DNA from: a virus
DNA length: 64,000 nucleotides
Direction: 5' to 3' (one strand)
IMG/VR virus record: IMGVR_UViG_3300030107_002332
Shown: positions 11,801 through 23,300 of the stretch, one piece after another
Position numbering within the stretch: the first letter of the stretch is position 1
Layout of the letters: each line of letters begins with the position of its first letter
Made by a program: the position numbers and the translations under genes
The notes under the pieces: model-generated
The model's database searches: none
What the model saw: the letters and a program-made list of their open reading frames with translations, nothing else
What the model was told of the DNA's origin: nothing

Positions 11801-13113
11801 TCATAATCTACAGCAGGTGCTGCACTTGAACCTGTACTATTGTAATATAATGCTCCATTATTCAATAAACCATCTTGTGTAGTACTGAATTGCATTGGAT
11901 GTCCATCAGTATGATGTGATCCAGGAGAGTTAGTAGGATCTGATTGATCCCATATAATTAAATAATTTCTTTGAACTTTAATATTTTCTGGAGAGAAATA
12001 ATATTGACCTGGAACAAATGCACCAAATTCTGCAGCATCAGCACCAAAATCAATATAAAATATTCCGTTAACAAAGTTATATGGAACAGCATTAACTGTA
12101 AATGAGAATCCTGTAGACCCTAAGAACTTATCATTTTCAGCAAAATCTCCACTTGTTTCTCTTAAATATATTCTTGTTACTTGATTTGTATTATCTCTTA
12201 CTACCTTAGCAATAGTACCCTGAGCATTACCACCAATTTCATCTACAACTCTTCCAACTTCTACATTACCTAAAGTCTCATCAACTTGATTAACTGTCAG
12301 CATTATATTATCAAATTCTACCTTAATCTTCCAAACAAATTGTTGTATATCACCCCATCCAAATACTCCATTCGTTAAAGCAAATTGATCAATAGTTTTA
12401 CTTGATTGGTAATATTGAATATTACTATCAGTAATGGTATCATAAGTATCTGTATTTTTTATATAATCATACTTAACAGTATCAATAGAAAATCCTACTG
12501 GAGCATTACTAATAGAACCCCATTCTGGAGTGTGTAGTAATCCACCATTTGCTAATACACCAGTTACCTTATTTGTCTGTTCTTCTCTTGCTGCAGGATT
12601 AGGTACGTCTTTACCACCCCTGTAAATAAATGTTTGATTGAAATTTCTATCAACTAAAGGACCACCACCAGGAACTCTTTCTGCTGCAATTGGAGTTGGT
12701 CTTGGATGATTATCCGATGTAATAGTAAGTCTGTCTGTCTTCTTATTATCACTATTAAGAGTAAAAACTCCAGCAGTAGGAGAGTTTGGATGAGTCTGCC
12801 AAATTCTATTAACATCAAAAGATGTTACAACATTAGGAGTTTCATCCTGAGGAACAATTTGTAATCTTAAAGGATCATATCCTCTACCTCGATTTAAAAC
12901 CCTAACATGAATAATCTGACCTGAGTCATCATCAATAATAGGATATAATAATGCTTCAACATCTGGTGTACCACATCCCTGTATAGTCAAACGAGGAGGA
13001 TCATCCGATGTATAAAGACTACCACCGTTAACTACTTTGACCGCACGAACTCCAAATATTTCATCAAAAATAGGTTCAATGACGGCACCAGAACCAGGAA
13101 CTGTTCTTGCCAT
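8851..13113 (-). CDS. virion structural protein with YHYH-like domain, two cupredoxin-like inserts and GxGY/GGGG beta repeats, 1420 aa
   Basis: HSKILGMSYDGYPIYGPWGY...GTLDEYNGKFAVTPEYPNGTYAYF (YHYH-type); GHPMQF...YYYCKNHRYM; repeated GxGY..P.+.+.GGGG.GA.A units. Confidence 0.72.
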   Translation of the reverse strand: MARTVPGSGAVIEPIFDEIFGVRAVKVVNGGSLYTSDDPPRLTIQGCGTPDVEALLYPIIDDDSGQIIHVRVLNRGRGYDPLRLQIVPQDETPNVVTSFDVNRIWQTHPNSPTAGVFTLNSDNKKTDRLTITSDNHPRPTPIAAERVPGGGPLVDRNFNQTFIYRGGKDVPNPAAREEQTNKVTGVLANGGLLHTPEWGSISNAPVGFSIDTVKYDYIKNTDTYDTITDSNIQYYQSSKTIDQFALTNGVFGWGDIQQFVWKIKVEFDNIMLTVNQVDETLGNVEVGRVVDEIGGNAQGTIAKVVRDNTNQVTRIYLRETSGDFAENDKFLGSTGFSFTVNAVPYNFVNGIFYIDFGADAAEFGAFVPGQYYFSPENIKVQRNYLIIWDQSDPTNSPGSHHTDGHPMQFSTTQDGLLNNGALYYNSTGSSAAPAVDYETELQPLFLMNADETNKIYYYCKNHRYMSGHEGDEGYMILDPTVESHTPANDYYVRNFFATGPDYGRHVDGHSKILGMSYDGYPIYGPWGYNSSGTVAREVSGYRLRTTAELPGARPEVTTATTVTYAVTVSGGQFLFDGARPNFLDFKRGKTYVFQQNDSSNDDQPSVNHLLLSTTENGWHSTGNPSDLGDTSYLYTGQGIKYYINGSEVTYTNYISGFQLATTREMRWTVPVDAPPALYVFGYSTSNLGLRTVQGGYILGDLTQDYIWASGVGTLDEYNGKFAVTPEYPNGTYAYFMTEDGSGNPVYPYAIGLKFYGAPIFEGSSVPQMPSVFPEGAEGEIVLSTDNPGQLSYIKMTQKGDNYFGAATARILGGGGTGATGSPVVQTVTGLSLNNTGRDYATPPTLIFEGGGGQGAEGAATIDKLGKVTSISVVNSGEYYQEAPYILITGGGGLGAKAEATISQGAITGINVIEPGTGYTSSPNIIFTKLVNLKRKSRARQAFNSSAIYLTGLVKKLGASDSDVFVDSTDAYPGSGKIIVDTETISYTSKSAGKFSGLTRGVNFNYDQRIVLDAGQNNADGSSNYKFNVGDRVIRKVENSSNKVAKVYDWDPVSRALLVTFEIDELAFIDGGLPSTEDAIVQFDAGVADSAPSGFNPHVVVDSTGSVITTLTVPISTLQDKAFQDLIPAGPPVGDGIPDLVNTGTDFLNQISLDGGIHTSLYGIEETLGGQNTTLFQVGDNIKDADIPFKYATITGAGGLSDGVDHTALVKIYVELSTDNNGQNFGVDELVTGAISGVRGTCVSWDPSNGILTLKDIVPYNTGNINVGIAGYLYEFSHDSSIIDFVIQDAGQNYSATPLLEIQGPTSPATESRNSETINWGGALGDIQATATVNMTTAADQVASINIINGGYGYTQSIDNSYKTHPFILFTDASNNISDGKFASTPNGAIAQAVLGGEKINGNAGASYRIKRIEYQTTVRS

Positions 13114-13118
13114 TTATA

Positions 13119-14342
13119 TTATGCTACGTTGATTGTGCCATTCATGGCAGCGTGTAATGTACATTGATAATAAAGTGTTGCAGGAGCATCCATTGGTACA
13201 GTCCAATAGAGCACTGTTGTTCCACTACCACTTTGTCCAGTAGTATAAGGAGTACCAGCTAAACCTTGAGTACTCTGAATCCTAAAGGGGTGACCACCAC
13301 CTTGGATTGAGTTATCAAATGCATAGGTAAATCCTTTATACACAGTGAAAGTAGGATCATTTACAACCCCACTAAATCCTGGTCCAGAAACTGTATAATC
13401 TCCAGTTCCTACTGCATTCAACTCAAACCAAATAAGTGGACTTCTATTAGGTTTCCAAACAGAACCATCATAAAATACTGAATCTCCTTGAGTAATACCA
13501 GCAATATCAGTGTCAGTTAGAGCAGCAAATGTTGTTGTTAAAGTTCCAGAGAAATCAACTGTTACCGTATCTCCAGCAACAGATGTAGTGATATTAGTAC
13601 CACCAGCAATAGTCAATGTATCTGTTTGAGTATTTGCTGTTGTGTTACCAGTATCTCCAGCAACAGTAGCAAATAAATTAATAGATGCAATACCAGATGC
13701 ATCATCACCAGGTTTCCACTTACTTGCTGTAGAATCCCATTTCAAAACTTGGTTATTAGTAGGAGCAACCGTAGTAGTATCAACGTCTACTAAATCATTA
13801 GCACCTGAATATTGTGTTAAAAGTTTTGCTTTTGTATTACCTACACCACCAGCAGTGATATTAATATTAACATATGGATTATCATCACCACTTACAGTAT
13901 AAAAAATTCCTCTATAATCTGCTTCAGCAGGAGCAACACCTGTACTTGCATACTCATTCTTATACTTTAGTTTAGTCGGGAAATCGATGTCTCCAGTCGT
14001 ACCATTAAAACTATTAGTGATACCCCCAACACCGAGAGTAAGGTTGCCTGTTCCGTTGGTAGCGATATTAATGTTTCCATTAGACGAGGATATGATAGAA
14101 CTTCCATTTACGTCTAAATTAGCAGTTAAGTTTGTATAATCTGAAGGTAAGAATGTTGACCCATTATAGCGCAAAACTTGTCCAGTCGCAGGGTTAGTGG
14201 TATTAACAGTTAATGTTGTACCATTACCTAACGCAGCATAGACTTCATCGAAATTGTCGTTAATCTTGTCTCCACCTGCTCGAAGGGTATCACCCGTATT
14301 ATCGTTAGCATTCGTTCCAAGACTTAATGATTGTTTAGCCAT
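13119..14342 (-). CDS. gp9/gp10-like fibre connector or short fibre with C-terminal cupredoxin-like domain, 407 aa
   Basis: N-terminus MAKQSLSLGTNANDNTGDTLRAGGDKINDNFDEVY matches the T4 gp9/gp10 N-terminal motif; C-terminus GHPFRIQ...YYQCTLHAAMNGTINV. Confidence 0.7.
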   Translation of the reverse strand: MAKQSLSLGTNANDNTGDTLRAGGDKINDNFDEVYAALGNGTTLTVNTTNPATGQVLRYNGSTFLPSDYTNLTANLDVNGSSIISSSNGNINIATNGTGNLTLGVGGITNSFNGTTGDIDFPTKLKYKNEYASTGVAPAEADYRGIFYTVSGDDNPYVNINITAGGVGNTKAKLLTQYSGANDLVDVDTTTVAPTNNQVLKWDSTASKWKPGDDASGIASINLFATVAGDTGNTTANTQTDTLTIAGGTNITTSVAGDTVTVDFSGTLTTTFAALTDTDIAGITQGDSVFYDGSVWKPNRSPLIWFELNAVGTGDYTVSGPGFSGVVNDPTFTVYKGFTYAFDNSIQGGGHPFRIQSTQGLAGTPYTTGQSGSGTTVLYWTVPMDAPATLYYQCTLHAAMNGTINVA

Positions 14343-14362
14343 TACTCGCTACAATTTTTAGT

Positions 14363-14370
14363 TATTTATA
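14363..14370 (-). promoter_or_regulatory. T4-type late promoter TATAAATA
   Basis: exact consensus (plus strand tatttata) overlapping the giant gene's stop, about 20 nt upstream of the 14342 start. Confidence 0.75.
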
Positions 14371-17300
14371 AAGGTGTCTCAGGGTCAACTGGTTCTTCAC
14401 CATATAGACTTAGATCAGGAGCAGTCCAATCATCAGGAACTGATGTTTCAACTGCGATAGTTGGATTCGCATATCCAGATCCAGGATTACTAACTTCAAC
14501 ACCACCAACTCCAACAAGAGCTCGTATAGCACCCTCAAATCCAGATATAGAGTCAATTCTTACAGTTGGTCTGGTAGTATATCCAGATCCACCTGAGGTA
14601 ACTTGTACATCCTTAAGTGTGCCAGAAGTTAGATTTGCGTTTGCAATCGCACCTGAACCAAATACAGATCCAAGATAATCGAAGGTAATTAGTGAGTTAG
14701 AGGATTCAATAACAGCAACTTCTCTATCTGAAGTCTCACCTTGGATGTCAATAAAGTCACCAGGTTCGACTGGAGGTACAACCTCAGCAGCGTCAACGTC
14801 TGCTTCAGAACCAACGTAGGAGAATGCAACGAATGTTGATCCCACACGAGGAATTTCAGAGAATAGAATTCTTGAACCAACAATCTCAAATCCAATTCCA
14901 GGTTCCTGTATAACACCATTCAGTGAAACGATGATGTTATTTTCTGGACGTATGGTAGAAGATTGTACACCCTCAGTTAGCGTTAGTGAGTAGAATACGT
15001 CATTACGCTTGAGGTTAAATGACTGACGTAAGGAGTCGAACTCGAATGAAATATCATCCAACTGTCTCAACTTACCTACGTAGAATCCTGTGAATGATGC
15101 TCCTAAATCTGGTGCCTCTTGGAATTGAATCTCATCAGAGAACGCTGTATATGCGTTAGATGCACCTGGAGGTTGTAGAATACCATTAATGAATACAAGT
15201 AGATGTCCTGCAGGATCTGGTAGATATGGAGTACCATTTTGCTGAGTTAACTTGAAGTTTGTAGTAGTTCCATCAAATCCCTTGAATGAACGCTTAACAC
15301 GTGCCTTGAGACTTACTATATCTTCAATAACTGAAGCATATCCGTCTGGACCTTTAATAGAATCCTTAGGATCAAAGGTACCTTTGATACTTGAAAGATA
15401 AAGTCTTCTATTAACACCAACTGTTCTAATGTCCTGAACAACTGCAGCTGCAGCACCAGCAGTAGTAACCTTAGTGTTAATACTTGCGTAACCAACTGGG
15501 TTAGATAAACCAGCACCATAGTCACCTACAACATCACCGTTAGTAATGGTTCCTTGATACTCTTGCATATAGATGAAACTATTATCAAGATCAACTGCAG
15601 TAATAATACCGTAAGTATTCTGGTCTTGTATACCAGATACAACCTTATAAAGTCTGTTACCAACAGTGAAGTTGTTAAGACCACTAAGGACTGTAACACC
15701 AAGTCTTATGTAACCATTAGATGCGATTCTTGCACCAACACCTATATCAAGTCCAGCATACTTGACAACATCAAGATACTGTCTGGAAGATTCAGGATAA
15801 ACAACAGCAGTAGTTTCAAATGTACCTGTAAGAGTTGCGGTATCAACTGTTAGAGTACCACCAGTATTATCTAATGTAGCAGCCTCTCTTCTAAGGAATC
15901 CAGTAGGAGTTGCGGTAGCACCTGAAGTATATCCCTTAAATGGAACATTATCTTCAAATTCACCCTTAAGGTCGATAACATGAATTCTACTTTCTATAGC
16001 ACTAATCTGAGCAGTTGTGGAGTTTTCAGCACCAACAACATTATCAGTGATAGCCCAAGGTCCAGCAGTTACCTTAACATCAAGATACTTGTAGTTGGCA
16101 TCTGACCAGAAACCATATACAACACCAGTGATTGAAGGTGCACCTTGCTTGGCAACAGTCTCACCCATAGTGTAAGGACCATCAGTGATATCACCATCAA
16201 TTCTAAATCTTTGGAACACCTGTACGATCTTACCTTCATTTAAGGTAAGATTTTCAAGTTCACCGTATGTGTTACTTAATAAACCATACATGTAATCAGC
16301 ATTCTGTATACCACCACCAACACCTTGAGGAATTGATCTTGTTCCATATGTCTTAGTTGGTAGAGAAACACCATTTACACTAATGTAATTAGTATAAGAT
16401 GAATCAACAGTTAATTGCTGACGAATAATATCGAGACAGTATCTAACTATAGCACTTGCTGAATCTGCATCATACCATGCAGCAGCTTCATCATAGAATG
16501 CTTTATAGAAACCAGAATTAGGTGATGGAGAAGTTAGACCATTATTAAGTGCCTGAGACATATAAGTCTCCATCAAATCTAAAGCATAATTCTTAATATT
16601 ATACTCAGCGTCAGAATAGAAGATCTTAGCATCTTGAGATTGATATGGATCTAAGGCATTCTTATTGAGTTTAGCACCCCAGACATAAAGTCCATCACTA
16701 TTATTACCAGCGTATGTTTGAGCACCAGAGGCATTCTTAACATAAACTTGTGCTCTCATTTCTGCGAAACCGAAGGAGAATGTTAGAGTAATATATGCTC
16801 TATACCATCCATCTCCAAGAGGTACAACACCGTATGCATCACCAGTTACACCATTTTGAGGTGTGAATAATGTTCCAACTACACCTGTGTCAAGTGCAAC
16901 ATCAAAGAATGCATTCTGAACAGCAGCAGTGCCATAGTTCAGTGATAACATTACACGAGCGTTATCATATTCACCCTTCTTAAGGAAGACGGAATATGTG
17001 TATTGCTGTGTAGGAGATGTTCCAGAAGCACCTTCGTCAAATCTTTGATTGTTTGCGTCCCACTTGATAGTATCATCATCAAATGTATCATAAGCAGATA
17101 GATTATAAACTCTATGAATTGTATGATCTGCGTTAGTAGAAGAAGCAATTAATTTATCAGCAGTTAATGTTCCATCAGGAGCAAGTAGAGCATCATCAGT
17201 AAATGAAACCTCAGTACCAGTCCAATTAATTGAGAATTGCTCTGGGTTAGTGAGTAGGTTAGTACCAGCAAGTTGACCACTTACATTAGAAGTGATAAGT

Positions 17301-20300
17301 CTTGCACTACCAAGTGTCTTAACATTAGAAACACTATCGTACCACTTGTAACTATTACCAATACCAGCAGGATCAATAGTTGCAGTTGCACCAGAATCGT
17401 TACCTGTTAATACATCATAATCCTTCCATTCTGTACCAGTAACAGTACTGCATACGAAGAATTCTGTATCGATATTATATTCACGAACTATTGCAGTACC
17501 ACCACCATCAGATGTAACTGTTTCACCAACTTTAAAGTTACCAGTTATATCACCAATAGCAATATTACGAGCAACTGAATTCTTAGTCATATCAGTTGTG
17601 ATAATATCATGAACGGTATCATCTACAAGTTGATCAATGAATGTATTATAAGTCCAAGCACCAGCACCAAACTGTGAATTAACTAGAGTTGTAATCTCCT
17701 CTTTATAGTAATTTCTGTTGTAAAGTAAGTTCTTAGCAGCACCCCGTCCCTCCATCTTAGCAGGAGCAAGAATATCAACTGCTAAATCAGTTAATTCTTC
17801 TAATCTACGAACTACATCTTCAATTGCTACTGGAGATAAAGAATCTGTATAAGGAGCTTCATCTGTATGTTGAGCAACATATTGTTGAGCAGTTGAAGTT
17901 CCATTAAGAGCAACTAAACGATTTCTAAGTGCATGCTCACCAATAATCTTAATTTGTTCAATACCATAAACTGTTGCTAATAGTTCAGTTTCAACATGAT
18001 TTAAGTTTCCTGCGGAAGTTAAGTAGTATTCCATAGCAGCAACGGTACTATTATTACCACCTGTCTGAAGGTCAGAAATAATACCAAGAATGATTAACTT
18101 AATATCTCTTTGACACTTACCTTCACCTAAAGCACCCTCTGGATAAGTATGTGCATTATAGTTTACACTGTTAAGTACATAAGTGAACTCAGCAGTTATT
18201 AATCCTGTAATCTCCTCTGCAATATATTTTCTATTGAAGTAAAGTCTATCAGCAGCGATAGCATAATCATTATCTGTAGGAGCAATAATATCATTAACAG
18301 ATGTAACTAAAGTATCGATAGCAGACTTAACGTTTGCACATCCACCACCATCTTGAGTAATACCCCAATCACCAACAATAATATCATCAGTATTATCATA
18401 AGTTAAATCACCAGTAATTGCTTGCTTCATGTAATGAGCAAGACGATTATGTGCATAAACTGACTGGAATACTTGTAATCTGATGTGTAATAGAACATCA
18501 TTAGTACCAAGATAGAACTTACCAACATTAGTACTATTCAAGTTACCACCATCTTCAATATCTTTACAGAACTCTTCAAGGAGTAATGTTAAGTCAGTCT
18601 TACATTGTAAAGTACCATCTTGAGTACCACCTACGTTACGAGGCATTTCAAGTACAAGATCTGGATATAATGTAAGCATATCGTGAGATGTCTTATCTAC
18701 GATAGGTCCAGTATTTGCACGAATTAATGCAGCAGCATCTCTAAATCTGTTGCGTGTAGTCTCATCAATTTGATTAGTAACAATGATATCATTAGTAGCA
18801 TCATGATAAGAAATTGGGAATGGAACCTCATAGTATGCACTAACTTTACCACCAAGGAAATCATGCTTAGGAGTTAACTTAGTAACAGTTGCAAGATGAT
18901 CTACAGCAGGTGATAGATTTGCTTGAGTGACAGTATCAACCAAGATATCCATCAAGTTATCAATAGTTGTGTATACATCAGTACAATCTGCCCAACTGTA
19001 ATCTAATACTGAAACAGCATTATTTGCAATAGAAACTAACTGATGAGTATTCTTAACTTTCTTAACAGCACCATACTTAGCAGAAACAAATGTATGTGCA
19101 GACTGTGGTAAGAAGGCTACAGCGTTAGTTGTAGCACTTACGAATGTATGAGTGTAATCTCCACCAGAACTAATTACTGCTCTCTTGATTCCATTAGCAG
19201 TTGCAGACTGGAATGCATGAGACATAACGTTAGTTGATGGTACTGCATCAAGAACCTGAACGTCAAATGTATTTGTAGTAACTCCAGAAATAGTAACCCA
19301 CTTACCACTAACAGGATCACTCTTTCTTGGATAAGTCTTAGTTACAGTATTACCATCAAGAGCACAAGTAAATGATAGTGAATTATCAGCGATCTTGACT
19401 TTCTCACCGTTAACGAATCCATGATTAGCAACTGTGATTGTCATAACACCTGTAGTTGGGTTATATGCAGCATTAGTTGCTGTAAAGTCGCTATTAGCAC
19501 TAACGAATGTGTGAGCAGTTGTGTTAGAAGATGTACCAACATTAACTGTAATTGTGTTACCTGTTACAGCAGTAATGTTAACAGCATCGTTGTATGCTGG
19601 ATCATCAGCAGATGCACCACCCTGACCGTTTGCACGAGGATAAGTATGGTTAGAACCATGACTATCTTGAGCACAAGTAAAGGTTAATGAATTATTAGCA
19701 ATTCTTATTGATGTACCAACTGTAAGATTATGGTCACCAATTGTTAGAACTAATAAACCAGAAGCAGGAGTAAAGCTTGCAGCAGATACTTCATGACCGA
19801 TAATAGGTGAAGAACCAACATTAACTGTAATTACACCAGTCTTTCTTCTAAGTCCCTTTGTAGCAAATGACTTGAATGTATGAGTTGTTGTATCAGAAGA
19901 AATACCAAAGTTAACATCAAATGTATTAGTTGCAACGTTGGATATTTGCATCCACTTATTCTGATAAGGATCAGTTGCTCTTGGATATGAATGATCTGTT
20001 TGATTTCCATCTAAAGAACATGTCATAGTTAAAGCATTATCAACAATCATTACCCAATCACCGTTAGACCATCCATGATTAGCAAGAGTGATTGTTGCAG
20101 CACCTGTTGCTGGAGTGTATGAAACGTTAGTTGGTGTATGATGTGTATGTCCTACATGCTTAACAGGAATAGACTTAAGATTACCATAAGGATCTGTTGA
20201 ACGAGGATAAGTCTTATTAGAAGATCCTCCATCCATTGTGCAATTAAATGTTAATCCATTATTTGCAACTGTAATACTTGATCCAACACTGATACCATGA

Positions 20301-23300
20301 CCACTACCAATAGTTAGAGTCATATCACCAGTATAAGCATCATAAGTTGCTGCAGAAGGTGTAAATGTCTGGTTAGTACCAGCAGGATTTACATTAACTG
20401 TAATTGTTCCAGTTTGTCTCTTAACACCACCAGAAGTAGCAGATACAAATGTATGAGCAGTTATGTTAGAAGAAATACCAACATTAACTTCAAATGTATC
20501 AGCAGTGATAGCAAAGATATCCAACCATCTATTATAAGTTGGATCAGTTACTCTTGGATAAGCATGGTTAGAACCATTACTGTCTTGAGCACAAGTAAAG
20601 GTTATTGCATCAGCATCAAACTTAACTCTATCACCAGCAACTAATCCATGTGAAGCAGATGTAATTCTTAAAATACCAGTTGTAGGTTCATAGTTAGCAG
20701 TTGAAGGAGTAAGACTTGAAGTACCAACAGAAGCAACAGGTATCGCTTTTGCAGAGAACTCATCTTTATTAGTACGAGGATAAGTCTTATTAGCTTGATT
20801 GTTATCCATTGCACAAGTGAATGTCAATGAATTATCATCAATAGTAATACTATCATCGTCTGTTATATCATGTGATCCAATAGTTAATACTAAGTTACCA
20901 GTAGCAGGATCATATGTTGCAGCAGTTGGAGTATATGGTTGATCAATAGTATCACCAAGAGACTTACCAATATCAACAGTAAATGTATTTGTTGTTGCCT
21001 TTCTTACTCTTAGAGCAGAAGTATAAGCAGGATCTGTGACACGAGGATATGCATGATCTGTTCTCTTACCATCGATATGACATCTGAAGGTTAATGAACC
21101 AGCATCAAGTTTAATTGCATCACCCATCTTATGAATACCATTTGCCTTAGCAGATACAAATGTATGGGTATAGTCACCACCAGTACTTACTACAGATCTG
21201 GTAATACATCCAGTAGTAGCAGATACAAATGCGTGTGTTGTAGTATTAGTTGGGGATGTTCCTTGTAGAACATTGATAGTAAATGTATTTGTTGTTACAG
21301 CAGTAATTGGAACAAATCTGTTACTAATTGGGTCTGTAGATCTTGGATAAGCATGGTTTGTTGCATTACTATCCTCAGCACAAGTGAATGTTACTCCACC
21401 ATCAGCAATCTTAATATGCTCTCCAACCTTGAATCCATGATTATTAACAGTCAATACCATGTTACCAGTGGATGCTGTATATGAAACAGTTGATGGAGTA
21501 TAAGTGTTATTTGCGTCTATAAATGTATGATCGTAGTTACCACCAACAATTAGACCACCAGTCTTAGCAGATACAAATGCGTGTGTTGTAGTATTAGAAG
21601 AAGTATTAACATTCAGGGTAATAGTTCCATCCTGAACCTTGATACCATTAGATGTAGCACTTACATAAGTGTGTGCAAAATCACCAAATCCAGTAATACC
21701 AACATTAACATCAAATGTGTTAGTTGTGGAAGCAACAATAGGAGTCCATTGGTTAGCAACTGGGTCGGTAGCACGAGGATAAGTATGGTTTGTTGCATTA
21801 CTATCTCTTGTGCAAGTAAAGGTTAATGAATCAGCATCAAACTTAACTTGACTATTTGCCTTCATAACACCATTAGTTGTGGCAGATATGAACGCATGAG
21901 TTGATTGATCATTTGCAACACCAATATTAACATCGAATGTATTGGTTGTTACATTTTGAACAGTCAACCACTTGAGGTATGAAGGATCAGTAGCACGAGG
22001 ATATGAATGTTGTGATTCATGATTATCCTTATTGCAACTGAATGTTAAAGCACCTTCTTTAATTAAAATTCTATCTCCATTAGTATATCCATGACTTGAT
22101 TTTGTCAAAGTCAGAACACCTGTTGCTGGTACATATACAGCACCAGTTGGTGTAATCTCTGAAGCAGCAGTCAAACCATGACCATTGCTAGTGATTTGTA
22201 GAACACCTGTAGTAGGAGCATAAGTTGCACCTGTAGCAGTCTTATTGGAAGTACCAACAGCAGAGATCTCGATAGGAGCGTCATATGCTCTATCTCTCTT
22301 TTGCTTGATGCAGTTTGTAACAGCAGATACAAATGCATGAGTAGAAGTATTAGTAGAAGGTATAGTCTGTAATACTTGTACTGTAAATGTGTTTGTAGTT
22401 ACAGCAGAAACTTTCAACCACTTACCGCTAACTGGATCAGTTGATCTTGGGTAAGTATGGTTAGTTTGGTTATTATCTAACTGACATGTAAATGTAAGTG
22501 AATTATCATCTATCTTAATCCAATCACCAACTCTAACACCGTGAGAGTTAACTGTGAATACTAAGAGACCTGTTGTACCACTATATGTCGCAGTAGATGG
22601 TGTGAACTCATCTATAAATGGTCTTGGATAAGAGTGGTTAGATGCATTGCTATCTTCAGCACATGTGAATGTTAATGCTCTATCAACTAATCTAACTGTT
22701 TGACCAACGTTTAAATTATGTGTTCCAACTGTCAATACTAAGTTACCATTTGCAGGAGTATATGCTGCATTGGTCATATCATGCTTCACAGTAGGTGACT
22801 TACCTACATCAATACTAATAGATCCATCTTGCTTAACGATACCATTAGGATATGCAGACTTAAATGTATGAGCAGACTTATCTGGAGATACACCAACATT
22901 AACAGTAAATGTCTTATCTGTTAGAGAATTAATTCTCAACCATCTTCTATAGAATGGATCTGTAGATCTTGGATAAGCATGATCAGTAGCGTTATTATCT
23001 TTCTCACATGTAAATGTTAGAGACTTCTCAGCAATTCTGATCTTATCACCAACAGAATAACCGTGCTTATCAGATAGAACACTGTTATTTCTTGCACTTA
23101 CGAATGTATGAGTATAGTCACCACCAGTTGTCACAACTGCTCTTGTTACACAGTTAGCAGCAGCAGAAACGAAACTATGAGTTGTAGTATTTGTTGAAGG
23201 TACTACATCAAGAACTTGGATAGTGAATGTATTTGTAGTTACTGATTGAATATCAATAAACTTACCGCTAATTGGGTCAGTAGTTCTTGGATAGGTATGA

